Below are positions 35,306-44,058 of a stretch of 46,452 nt of DNA, one piece after another. Position 1 is the first letter of the stretch, and each line of letters begins with the position of its first letter. The stretch is from Oscillospiraceae bacterium UBA3851. Its GTDB lineage: Bacteria; Bacillota; Clostridia; Oscillospirales; Oscillospiraceae. The notes below the pieces were generated by a model. The model did no database searches. It was not told the DNA's origin and was given only the letters and a program-made list of their open reading frames with translations. Made by a program: the position numbers and the translations under genes. The stretch covers positions 1 through 46,452 of the forward strand of contig DGHJ01000001.1 of the NCBI GenBank assembly GCA_002392625.1, read 5' to 3'.

Positions 35306-37264
35306 ATGAACGGACTATTGAGAACCGCCGCCACCGCATGGCTGGTGCTGCGAGGCTTCTCCTACCGCACGGCAGGGGAGTATCTGCGCGCCCGGCGCGT
35401 CGTCAACAATCCCGACGCGGGGCGGATCATGGGGCTGCTGCCCCTGCACAAGGAACTGGATAAGCTCTTTGAGGATCTGCTGACCACCCACCACGTGCTG
35501 TGGGAGCTGCGGGAGAGTCTGCCCCGGATCTACGGCGTGGCGGCAAAGCAGGATGGAAAAACCGTTATTCGCGCCCTGTTTGACCCGGAGCAGCGCACCC
35601 TCGATCCGGAGGACGTGCTGGCCTTGGCCAGCCGGCACGGCGCCGTGGCCATTCGGCCCGGCAAGCACGAGCTGGATGGCCGGGAGCGGGTGCTCCGCGC
35701 CAACGGCGACGGTTTCCGCCTGGATGGGGAGAGACTGGACGCCGATACCGTGGCTGAGAAGCTGGCCGGGCTGCCGGTGGACACGCTGATCACCGAGTAC
35801 ATCCCCGCAGCCGGAGAGAACGGCAACGCCGTCTTCCACGTGGGGCTGGTGCGCGGCGACGGGGATTCACACCATGTGGCCCACGTCTATCTGGCCGATC
35901 ACAGCGCCAGGAAGGACAGCCGCGCCCTGTTCAGCGGCCGCATATCGTCCATGACGGCCAAGGAGCCCCGTGACGTCGTGGAACTGGCAGAGAAGATAGG
36001 CCGGCGTTTCGCCGAGGCGCCCTATCTGGGCGTGGCGGTGATCCGGACGGCAAACGGTCTGCGCCTGTGGCAGGTGGACATGGGCCGCGACCTGGTGTGG
36101 CTGCATGACCGCTGCCCCGCTGTGGAGGAAATGCTCCGGCGGCGCAGACGGGAAAGACGCGCCGAGGGCGGCGCCCTTCGCCGGATCGGCAAGTACGTCT
36201 TTGCCCTGCGGGCAAGACGCCGCGGCTTTCTGGACTACATGTACCGCAACTGGCTCCGTGGCCTGAAGGAGGACAACAAACTCACCTACACCACCGCCGC
36301 GGAGAAGAAGTGGGCACACGAAAAGGGCTTCTACTCCTACCGTGTAAAGCAATATGGCTTGACAGAGCAGAACTGGCGGCAGTTGCTGTCGGATTACGAC
36401 TACAAGCGCCTGCGGCCCATCAACGGCAAGTACCAGAAGTGGCTGTGGGACAAGGTGTCCACCTACTACGTCATGGCGCCCTTCCGGGATTGCTTCCCGG
36501 CCTATTATTTCCGCACGGAGGGCGGCGCCATCTATCCCTTCGGCGAGAAAGGCGGCGTCGCCGCGGCTGACGATGTGCTCGCCTGCCTGCGCCAAAGGAA
36601 GAAGCTTGTGGCCAAGCCTGCCATTGGCTCTCACGGCGACGGCTTCTACGCCCTATCCTGGGACGATGCGGCGGACAGCCCCTGCGTCAACGGCGAAGCC
36701 GTTTCGCCGGAAGCCTTCCGGGAGCTTCTGCTGGGGCTGGAGAAGCCCTACCTCATCTCGGAATTCGTGGAGATGCACGAGGACCTCAAGCGCATCTACG
36801 ATAAGGTGGCCTGCAGTGTTCGGGTCATGGTCATCGACCGGGGCCAGGGGCCCAAGGTGATGCACGCCTATTTCCGCATTGCCTCCGGCGGCACCGGCAA
36901 CACCGACAACCTGGCCACCGGCGGCATCGTAGCCCGTGTGGACGCTGAGACAGGCGCATTCTACGGCGCGGAGATGCTGGTGGGCCACGAGTTCAAGCCC
37001 TGCAGCGTCCACCCTGATACCGGCGCGCCTCTCCACGGCGTGCTGCCCAACTGGGAGCTGGTGCGCCGTCGGGTCTGTGAGGTCACCGCGTATCTTGCGC
37101 CCATGGAGTATCTGGGCTTTGATATCGTCATCACCCAGGATGGCTTCCGCATCCTGGAGATCAATACCCATCAGGATCTGCACCGCTATCCGGAGTACCC
37201 GCAAGAGGTCAAGGACTACCTGCTGGGCAAACGCGACATAAAAGGGAGAACTGACCATGTTTAA
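35306..37264 (+). CDS. Tandem sugar-transfer-associated ATP-grasp protein (N-terminal copy degenerate), paralogue of 29952..32117
   Basis: QYGLTE.N....LSDYDY..L..IN..YQKW..DK shared with 29952; KPAIGSHGDGF, TDNLATGG, HPDTG, LGFDIVIT..GFRILEINTHQDLH. Confidence 0.85.
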   Translation: MNGLLRTAATAWLVLRGFSYRTAGEYLRARRVVNNPDAGRIMGLLPLHKELDKLFEDLLTTHHVLWELRESLPRIYGVAAKQDGKTVIRALFDPEQRTLDPEDVLALASRHGAVAIRPGKHELDGRERVLRANGDGFRLDGERLDADTVAEKLAGLPVDTLITEYIPAAGENGNAVFHVGLVRGDGDSHHVAHVYLADHSARKDSRALFSGRISSMTAKEPRDVVELAEKIGRRFAEAPYLGVAVIRTANGLRLWQVDMGRDLVWLHDRCPAVEEMLRRRRRERRAEGGALRRIGKYVFALRARRRGFLDYMYRNWLRGLKEDNKLTYTTAAEKKWAHEKGFYSYRVKQYGLTEQNWRQLLSDYDYKRLRPINGKYQKWLWDKVSTYYVMAPFRDCFPAYYFRTEGGAIYPFGEKGGVAAADDVLACLRQRKKLVAKPAIGSHGDGFYALSWDDAADSPCVNGEAVSPEAFRELLLGLEKPYLISEFVEMHEDLKRIYDKVACSVRVMVIDRGQGPKVMHAYFRIASGGTGNTDNLATGGIVARVDAETGAFYGAEMLVGHEFKPCSVHPDTGAPLHGVLPNWELVRRRVCEVTAYLAPMEYLGFDIVITQDGFRILEINTHQDLHRYPEYPQEVKDYLLGKRDIKGRTDHV

Positions 37265-38972
37265 GAAGATTTTGGGCCTGCTGCTGGCGTGTATGCTGGT
37301 GATCGGCGCCATGGGCGAGGCATGCACGGCCTACGCCACCGGCACCGAGACGGATCCACCCGGCGAGGAGACCACCCAGCCGGGCGAGGGGACGGAGGAG
37401 CCGGATCCTGACCCTGAGCCGGACCCGGATCCCGCCACCTATACGGTGACCTTTGAGACCAACGGCGGCTCCGCCGTGGCCACCCAGACCGTGACGGAGA
37501 ACGAAACGGCCGAGAGACCGGCCGACCCGGAGCGGGAGGGCTTCACCTTTGACGGCTGGTTTGCCGACGGTGCCCTTACCGTGGCCTTCGACTTCTCCGC
37601 CCCCATCACGGCGGACGTCACCGTCTATGCCGGCTGGACGGAGATCTCCCAGCCGGTGCCGGAAACCGTCACGGTGATCTTCGATTCCGACGGCGGCAGC
37701 GACGTGCCCGTGCAAACGGTGGCCAGCGGCGAAACCATCGTCCGGCCGGACGACCCCACCAGGGAGGGGCATCGCTTCCTGGGCTGGGCGCTGGACGGCG
37801 AGATGTTTGATTTTGACACGCCCGTTACGACGAGTCTGATCCTCACCGCGCTTTGGGAGGAGGAGACGATCTCTGTCGATCCCCAGACGTACACCGTGAC
37901 CTTTGAGACCAACGGCGGCTCCGCCGTCGATCCCCAAACCGTGGAGGAGAACGGGACGGCCTCCCGGCCCGCCGACCCGGCCAGACAGGGCTACACCTTC
38001 GGCGGGTGGTACAGCGACGCGTCGCTGACCAGCGCCTTCGACTTCTTTGCCCCCATCACGGCGGACATCACCGCCTATGCCAAGTGGACGCAAAACAGCC
38101 CCCCGCCGGCGACCAACGTGGACACGCGGCTGAGATGGCTGGAGATCGAGTGCGGCGAGCTTTCCCCCGTGTTTTCGCCCGACGTGTATTCCTATACCGT
38201 GTACGTGACGCCGGAGCAGGAGAACCGCTCCTGCATCCTCCACTGCGACACCCTGAGCAGTGAAGCACGGGTGGAGACCGAAGGCCCACAGACGGTGGGC
38301 AAGACCGACGTGGTGCGCAAGCTGACGGTTTCCGGCGGCGGCAAACGCGCCGAATACACCATCATCGTCCACGTCATTACTCCCCAGGAGATGCTGCTGG
38401 ACGGGGTATTCTACTCCATCACCGACCGGCCTAACACCTCCGGCCTGCCCGGCACCTTTACCGTGGGACAGATCACCATGCTCGGCGAGAAGGTCTCCGC
38501 CGCCCAGAGCACCGACGGGCAGATGCTGCTGGTGCAGTTCACCAGCCAGACGGAGGGCGCCCAGCCCCTGTGGTATCGGTATGAGGAGTCCACCAAGAGA
38601 CTTTATCCTGCCTCCGTGGTGGAGATCAACCGGGAGAAGTACATCCTGGTGGACCAGGGCAACAGCCTGCTCTACGGCAGCGAAGCCGGCAGAGGCACCT
38701 TCTTCGTCTACGATCAGGAGGCGGGGGAGTGGGTGTATCAGACAAAGGATTTTGAGGAGCTGCCCGTGCAGCCTGCCCCCATCGTGATCCAGAAATCCTT
38801 CGCCGGCTGGCCGCTGACCATAGCACTGGGCGTCTGGGCCATCGCCGCCAGCGCGGCCGTGTTTCTGCTGTACCGCCGCAGCAAGCGGGAGAAGAAAAAG
38901 AGTGTCTACTTCCGGCCCTACTTCAGCGCGGAGGACCAGGCGGACGACTCGGCGGAGGACCATCGCTCATGA
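37257..38972 (+). CDS. Secreted, membrane-anchored protein with three InlB B-repeat (Listeria-Bacteroides) domains and a cadherin-like beta-sandwich
   Basis: Signal peptide; YTVTFETNGGS....QTV......P.DP.REG.TF.GW x3; LSPVFSPDVYSYTV; C-terminal TM plus basic tail. Confidence 0.85.
   Translation: MFKKILGLLLACMLVIGAMGEACTAYATGTETDPPGEETTQPGEGTEEPDPDPEPDPDPATYTVTFETNGGSAVATQTVTENETAERPADPEREGFTFDGWFADGALTVAFDFSAPITADVTVYAGWTEISQPVPETVTVIFDSDGGSDVPVQTVASGETIVRPDDPTREGHRFLGWALDGEMFDFDTPVTTSLILTALWEEETISVDPQTYTVTFETNGGSAVDPQTVEENGTASRPADPARQGYTFGGWYSDASLTSAFDFFAPITADITAYAKWTQNSPPPATNVDTRLRWLEIECGELSPVFSPDVYSYTVYVTPEQENRSCILHCDTLSSEARVETEGPQTVGKTDVVRKLTVSGGGKRAEYTIIVHVITPQEMLLDGVFYSITDRPNTSGLPGTFTVGQITMLGEKVSAAQSTDGQMLLVQFTSQTEGAQPLWYRYEESTKRLYPASVVEINREKYILVDQGNSLLYGSEAGRGTFFVYDQEAGEWVYQTKDFEELPVQPAPIVIQKSFAGWPLTIALGVWAIAASAAVFLLYRRSKREKKKSVYFRPYFSAEDQADDSAEDHRS
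37436..38090 (+). repeat. Intragenic InlB B-repeat coding repeats
   Basis: GTGACCTTTGAGACCAACGGCGGCTCCGCCGT occurs near 37446 and 37896, with a more diverged copy between. Confidence 0.8.
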
Positions 38973-39802
38973 TGCAGCGCAACGAAAACAAGGCGAAGGA
39001 TTGGAGCGCCTACGTCCGCTCCGTTTTTCTGCGGTATGTGGGCGAGCACCCCGCCTCCGCCCAGAATGCCTATTTTCCGCCGTTTTTCCAGCGGGAGCTG
39101 GACCTGTCGGACTGCTATAGCTACCTGCGGCGGATGCAGCGGCAGGGCTACCTGAAAAAAGATGAGACCGGCTGCCTGGCACTGACGGAAAAGGGCGCTG
39201 CGGCCGTGAAAGAGGACCATATCCGCCTGTTTGACCTGGCGGACCCCTACGTGTCCGTGTCCGAGCTTCTGGCGGAGCGGGAGAAGCATGGGGAGGACAC
39301 CTTTGACCAGACCATGCTGGCCCTGCTGCTGAAAAAGCTCCCCCGGATGAAGGAGCAGGACAATTTCACCGCCGTGAAGAATCTGCACCTGGACGTGGCC
39401 CGGCTGTATGACGAGATGGGGGAAAACGAACGAGCAGTGTATCACTATCTCACCGCCCTTTACTATGACGTCAGCGGTCTGAGCTGCTACGACAAGCTGG
39501 TCCAGTACGTTCACGGCAAATGCAAGCGCTCCGACGCGAAGGAGGCGTTCCGGGGCCTTGTGGTCTGCCCGGAGGTGATGGGCGGCCTGCGCCGCCTGCA
39601 CGACGCCTATGACCCCCATATGGTGGAGGAGATCTTTTCACGGGAGCGCCTGTCCATCACCATGCTGACGCGCCAGAGCTTCACCGAGCTGGCCACGGCA
39701 CTGTGCGACGGAACGTACGATTACAATGCCTGGCAGGCCAGAGGCGAAGAGGCCTACGGAAAGATGCTGGAGCAGGCGGACCGGCTCAGAAAGGAGAAGT
39801 GA
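38969..39802 (+). CDS. Hypothetical protein (possible winged-helix-like N-terminus, helical C-terminus)
   Basis: Overlaps the upstream stop; QGYL.......LTEKG motif; no confident family. Confidence 0.65.
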   Translation: MMQRNENKAKDWSAYVRSVFLRYVGEHPASAQNAYFPPFFQRELDLSDCYSYLRRMQRQGYLKKDETGCLALTEKGAAAVKEDHIRLFDLADPYVSVSELLAEREKHGEDTFDQTMLALLLKKLPRMKEQDNFTAVKNLHLDVARLYDEMGENERAVYHYLTALYYDVSGLSCYDKLVQYVHGKCKRSDAKEAFRGLVVCPEVMGGLRRLHDAYDPHMVEEIFSRERLSITMLTRQSFTELATALCDGTYDYNAWQARGEEAYGKMLEQADRLRKEK

Positions 39803-39803
39803 C

Positions 39804-40877
39804 ATGAAAAAGAGGAGAAAAACCGCTCTCATTGTGATCGCATCCCTTGCGTTTCTCTTGGTTGCCATGATCGGGATCGCCGTGGGCTACGGCAACGCCA
39901 AGCTCAATAAGATCGACTTCGACTATAACGACGGAAAGCTGACCGAGGAGGAGCAGGAGCAGGTCGTGAAGCTGGTGGAGGAGATGGACACCGACCCCCA
40001 GGTGGTGGCTCAGGACGAGGAGATCGGGGAAGCTCTTGAGGAAGAGGAGCTGGAGGTGGTGGAGACGGTCCCCGTCAACCCCATCCCTGATTTGGAGATC
40101 CTCCGCGACGACAACGTCATCAACATCCTCCTCATTGGCACCGACGAGCGCACCGAGGGCTTCAGCTCTTTCGCCCGCGGCGACAGCTGCATGATTCTGT
40201 CCTTGAACAAGTCCACCGGGCGCGCCAAGCTGGTGAGCCTGGAGCGCGGCATGGGCGTGCCCATCCTGGACGGGCAGTATAAGGGTCAGTGGGATTGGCT
40301 GACCCATACCTTCTGTTACGGCGGAGCCGACCTGATGATGCGGGAGGTGCGGGAATGCTTCCGCATTGAGGTAGACCGGTATATCCGCGTCAACTTCGGC
40401 ACGTTCCGCGCCGGTATCAACGCCATCGGCGGGATCGACGTCACCCTGACCCAGGCCGAGGCCGACTACCTCAACGAGAAGGACCCGGAGTCGGAGGTCA
40501 CGGAGGGACTCAACCACCTGTACGGGTTCACGGCCCTGCAGTACGCCCGCTGCCGCGGCATCGACAGCGACTGGATGCGCATCCGCCGCCAGCGCACCGT
40601 GATCCAGGCGGCGATCAACAGGACCAAAGGTCTCAGCGTCGGCGAGCTGGATAATCTGCTGAACCGTGTGCTGCCCCTGGTGCGGACCAACCTCTCCAAG
40701 GGAGAGATCGTGGAGCTGATGACCTTGGCCCCCAGGTTCCAGGGCGTCACGCTGGAGCAAATGACCATCCCCGCCTCCGGCACCTACGGCGGAATGCGCG
40801 GCATGGGCGGACGCTCCCTCTATGCGGTGGATTTCTACACCAACGCCGTCATATTGCGGGAGTTCCTGTACGGATAA
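39804..40877 (+). CDS. LCP (LytR-CpsA-Psr) family glycopolymer transferase
   Basis: N-terminal TM, INILLIGTDER, RGDSCMI, SLER, ALQYARCR..DSDW.R..RQR. Confidence 0.93.
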   Translation: MKKRRKTALIVIASLAFLLVAMIGIAVGYGNAKLNKIDFDYNDGKLTEEEQEQVVKLVEEMDTDPQVVAQDEEIGEALEEEELEVVETVPVNPIPDLEILRDDNVINILLIGTDERTEGFSSFARGDSCMILSLNKSTGRAKLVSLERGMGVPILDGQYKGQWDWLTHTFCYGGADLMMREVRECFRIEVDRYIRVNFGTFRAGINAIGGIDVTLTQAEADYLNEKDPESEVTEGLNHLYGFTALQYARCRGIDSDWMRIRRQRTVIQAAINRTKGLSVGELDNLLNRVLPLVRTNLSKGEIVELMTLAPRFQGVTLEQMTIPASGTYGGMRGMGGRSLYAVDFYTNAVILREFLYG

Positions 40878-40896
40878 GAGAATCAGTAATACATTA

Positions 40897-41098
40897 GGGC
40901 GTGTTGCAAAATGCATGGCAGCCGTCATTTCGAACCAGTGACCGATGTCACAGCTAACGCTTAAGTTTGCGCAGCCAAATCAAAGATTTGGGCGCTCACT
41001 TATGGTGTGGGAATCCGTTCCCTATCGTGGGGAAAACGGATTGCCACGGCCCCGCTGGGGCCTCGCAATGACAGGAATGTGCATTTTGCAGCACGCCC
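40897..41098. mobile_element. MITE-like element with 19-bp terminal inverted repeats enclosing a REP-like hairpin and a nested 51-bp insert
   Basis: GGGCGTGTTGCAAAATGCA (40897-40915) / TGCATTTTGCAGCACGCCC (41080-41098), 18/19 match; no credible coding capacity. Confidence 0.7.
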
Positions 41099-41174
41099 GC
41101 TTTTTTTCACCTTCCTGCGATAAAACCGAGGTGAACCGCATTATACGGTCAGAAGATGACGGGGAGGCGATCGC

Positions 41175-42011
41175 GTGAGGCGAATCGGGATCTGTGCGGC
41201 GTTGGCGGTTTTACTGGCCGCTCTGCTGGCCGGATGCGGCGGCAAAGGAGCGATGGAGCCGCTGACGGTGACTCTGCTGAAGGTGGGCCGGGCAGACGCC
41301 ATTGTGGTGCGGACCGACGACCGTATCATGGTCATCGACGCCGGCGAGGAAGAGGACGGCGCCGAGGTAGTGGAGTTCCTCCGAAAGAACGGCGTCGGAC
41401 GGGTGGACGTGCTGCTTATCACCCACTTCGACAAGGATCATGTGGGCGGCGCCGACACGGTAGTGGAGGAGCTGAGCGTGGGCCGCGTGCTGCTGCCGGA
41501 CTACGAGGGGGAGGGCACCGACTACGCCGATTTTCTGGATGCCCTGGCGGCCAAGGGCATCTCGCCGGAACGCCTGGCGGAGCCGGTACGCTTTTCTCTG
41601 GGCGCTGCGGAGGTCACGGTGGAGCCGCCGGCGTCCTACGAAGCGGGCAGCGGCGAGGTGGACAACAACTTCTCCCTTATCACCACCCTGGTCCACGGGG
41701 AGAACCGGCTGGTCTTCGTCGGGGACGCCGAAAAGCGTCGCATCCGGCAGTGGCTCACGGACAGCCGGCCGGAGGGCTGCGATTTTCTGAAAATACCGCA
41801 CCACGGCGTGTACAACCGGGGCCTGGAGGAGCTGATCGAAACGCTGTCGCCTGCATACGCGGCTATCTGCGACTCGGAGAAGAACCCGGCGGACGATGCC
41901 ACGCTGGAGCTGCTGGCCGGCCACAGCGTGTCTGCCCTGGAGACGAAGGACGGCCGGATCACCGTGGTCAGCGACGGGGCGCGGCTGGAGATCCACCAGA
42001 AGAGGCAGTAG
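41175..42011 (+). CDS. MBL-fold metallo-hydrolase (ComEC/Rec2-like), lipoprotein
   Basis: Lipobox LAGC; VGRADA, IDAG, THFDKDHVGG, NNFS, GDAE, LKIPHHG. Confidence 0.9.
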   Translation: MRRIGICAALAVLLAALLAGCGGKGAMEPLTVTLLKVGRADAIVVRTDDRIMVIDAGEEEDGAEVVEFLRKNGVGRVDVLLITHFDKDHVGGADTVVEELSVGRVLLPDYEGEGTDYADFLDALAAKGISPERLAEPVRFSLGAAEVTVEPPASYEAGSGEVDNNFSLITTLVHGENRLVFVGDAEKRRIRQWLTDSRPEGCDFLKIPHHGVYNRGLEELIETLSPAYAAICDSEKNPADDATLELLAGHSVSALETKDGRITVVSDGARLEIHQKRQ

Positions 42012-42029
42012 AGAAAGGGGAGAACAACC

Positions 42030-42785
42030 ATGGCACAGACGGTTTTCAACCGCTATGAGAAGAAATACCTGATGCCGGATGCGATCTGCCGGGAGCTGCG
42101 GCTGCGTCTGCGGCCCTACATGAAAGAGGATGAGTACGGGCGGCACACCATCTGCAACTTGTACTACGACACGGTTAACGACCTGCTGATCCGCCGGTCC
42201 ATCGAGAAGCCGGTATACAAGGAGAAGCTGCGCCTGCGCAGCTACGGCATCCCCCAAATGGACAGCACCGTGTTCCTGGAGATCAAGAAGAAATATGAGA
42301 AGGTGGTCAACAAGCGCCGCATCCAGCTGACGCTGCAGGAGGCCTACGATTTCGTGGAGCAGGGGATCTATCCCCAAAAGGACGGCCAGATCGTCCGGGA
42401 GATCGACTTCTTCCTGCGGCGCTACCCACTGGAGCGGGGGCTGTACCTGGCCTATGACCGGGTGGCCCTGTTCGGACGGGAGGACCGCGAATTCCGCGTC
42501 ACCTTTGACGAGAATATCCGCTCACGGCGCCGCCTCATGGGGCTGGAGAACGGGGACGCCGGCGAGCCGCTGCTTCCGGAGGGCTGGCATCTGATGGAGA
42601 CCAAGATCATGGGCGCCTCGCCCTTCTGGTTTACCCGTATCCTGTCGGACCTGCGGATCTATCCCGTGTCCTTCTCCAAATACGGCAATATTTACAAAAA
42701 CGAGCGGGGCATCTTCTGCCCGGAGCAAATGATGGTCCACCGCACCGAAAACTGGGACGAGATCAGGAGGAAAGAGGTATGTTGA
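42030..42785 (+). CDS. VTC-domain (polyphosphate polymerase-like) protein
   Basis: RYEKKY, I.NLYYDT, KEKLRLRSYG, FLEIKKK, RVTFD, SFSKYG. Confidence 0.9.
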   Translation: MAQTVFNRYEKKYLMPDAICRELRLRLRPYMKEDEYGRHTICNLYYDTVNDLLIRRSIEKPVYKEKLRLRSYGIPQMDSTVFLEIKKKYEKVVNKRRIQLTLQEAYDFVEQGIYPQKDGQIVREIDFFLRRYPLERGLYLAYDRVALFGREDREFRVTFDENIRSRRRLMGLENGDAGEPLLPEGWHLMETKIMGASPFWFTRILSDLRIYPVSFSKYGNIYKNERGIFCPEQMMVHRTENWDEIRRKEVC

Positions 42786-43450
42786 CGAGTATTTTTCACG
42801 CGGGGAGCTTTTCTGCGCCGGACGTAGGCCTGGCCATGGCCACGGCTCTGGTGTTGGGCCTGGCGGCCGCCGCCCTGTACCGCACCGTGGCGCCGGCCGA
42901 TGGCGGCGCCTATCCCATGGTGCTGGCGGTGATGCCCATGCTGGTGACCGCCGTCATCATGATCGTCAACGGCAATCTGGGCGTCTCCGTGGCAGTGCTA
43001 GGCGCCTTCGGCCTGGTGCGCTTCCGCAGCGCGCCGGGGACCGCCGTGGAGATCGGCTTCCTGTTCTACGCCATGGCCATCGGCCTGGCGGCGGGCATGG
43101 GCTTCCTCACCCTGGCAGCCGCCATCGCCGTGGCGGTGGGTCTGGTACTGCTTCTGATCAGCCGCACGCCTCTGGCCCAGGGCACCGCGCGGGAGCGGCA
43201 GCTGCGCGTCACCATCCCGGAGGATCTGAACTACAACGGTCTTTTTGACGACCTCTTCCAGGCCTATACCCGGTCCTGCCGTCTGGAGCGGGTCAAGACC
43301 ACCGACATGGGCACCATGTTCGAGCTGCGCTACCGGCTGGTGATGCGCAGCGACGAAAAGGAGAAGGAGTTCATCGACGCCATCCGCTGCCGGAACGGGA
43401 ACCTGACCGTGATTTTGGGGCTTGTCCAGCAGGAGAAAAACGTATTATAA
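42779..43450 (+). CDS. DUF4956 family membrane protein
   Basis: VNGNLG..VAV.GAF.LVRFRSAPG, RCRNGNL; usual partner of VTC-domain genes. Confidence 0.9.
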   Translation: MLTSIFHAGSFSAPDVGLAMATALVLGLAAAALYRTVAPADGGAYPMVLAVMPMLVTAVIMIVNGNLGVSVAVLGAFGLVRFRSAPGTAVEIGFLFYAMAIGLAAGMGFLTLAAAIAVAVGLVLLLISRTPLAQGTARERQLRVTIPEDLNYNGLFDDLFQAYTRSCRLERVKTTDMGTMFELRYRLVMRSDEKEKEFIDAIRCRNGNLTVILGLVQQEKNVL

Positions 43451-43494
43451 TGACCTTGACAAAAACTATCTATCCGGAGCGAGGTGGAGCACGT

Positions 43495-44058
43495 ATGTTG
43501 GTTTTCACGTCCGTGGTGGAGACCGCACCGGAACGGATCGACACCCTTGATGAGACGCTGTTTTATCGAATCGCCCAGGGGGAGAAGGAGGCCTTCTGCA
43601 CCCTGTATGAGCGCTGCCGCGGCGCGGTGTTTGCCTACGCCCTGTCGGTGCTCCACAGCCGCGACGATGCCGACGACGCCACACAGGACGCCTTTCTGCG
43701 CATCCGCTCTGCCGCCCATCTCTACCAGCCACAGGGCAAGCCCATGGCGTGGATCCTGACCATTGCCAAAAACGTATGTCTCATGCAGCTGCGTCGCAGA
43801 CGCCACGACGCCGCCCTGCCCAGCGAGGATATGGCTGTGGATCTGGGCCAGATCGCCGACCGGGAGGACCGGATCGTACTGGAATCAGCCTTCGCCGTAT
43901 TGTCGGAGGAGGAGTGCCGCATCGTTATGCTCCACGCCGTGTCGGGCCTGAAGCACCGGGAGATCGCTCAGCTGCTGCAGCTGCCGCTGTCCACCGTACT
44001 GAGCAAATACAGCCGGGGTCTTGCCAAGCTGCGCCGTGAATTGGAGGAGAAACTGTGA
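43495..44058 (+). CDS. ECF-type RNA polymerase sigma factor
   Basis: DADDATQDAF, AWILTIAKN, GLKHREIAQLL.LPLSTV; ATG 43495 after GAGGTGG. Confidence 0.9.
   Translation: MLVFTSVVETAPERIDTLDETLFYRIAQGEKEAFCTLYERCRGAVFAYALSVLHSRDDADDATQDAFLRIRSAAHLYQPQGKPMAWILTIAKNVCLMQLRRRRHDAALPSEDMAVDLGQIADREDRIVLESAFAVLSEEECRIVMLHAVSGLKHREIAQLLQLPLSTVLSKYSRGLAKLRRELEEKL

Noticed and set aside
40945-41178. 77-aa ORF
   Set aside because: Lies mostly within the MITE/REP-like element and has no RBS or coding bias.
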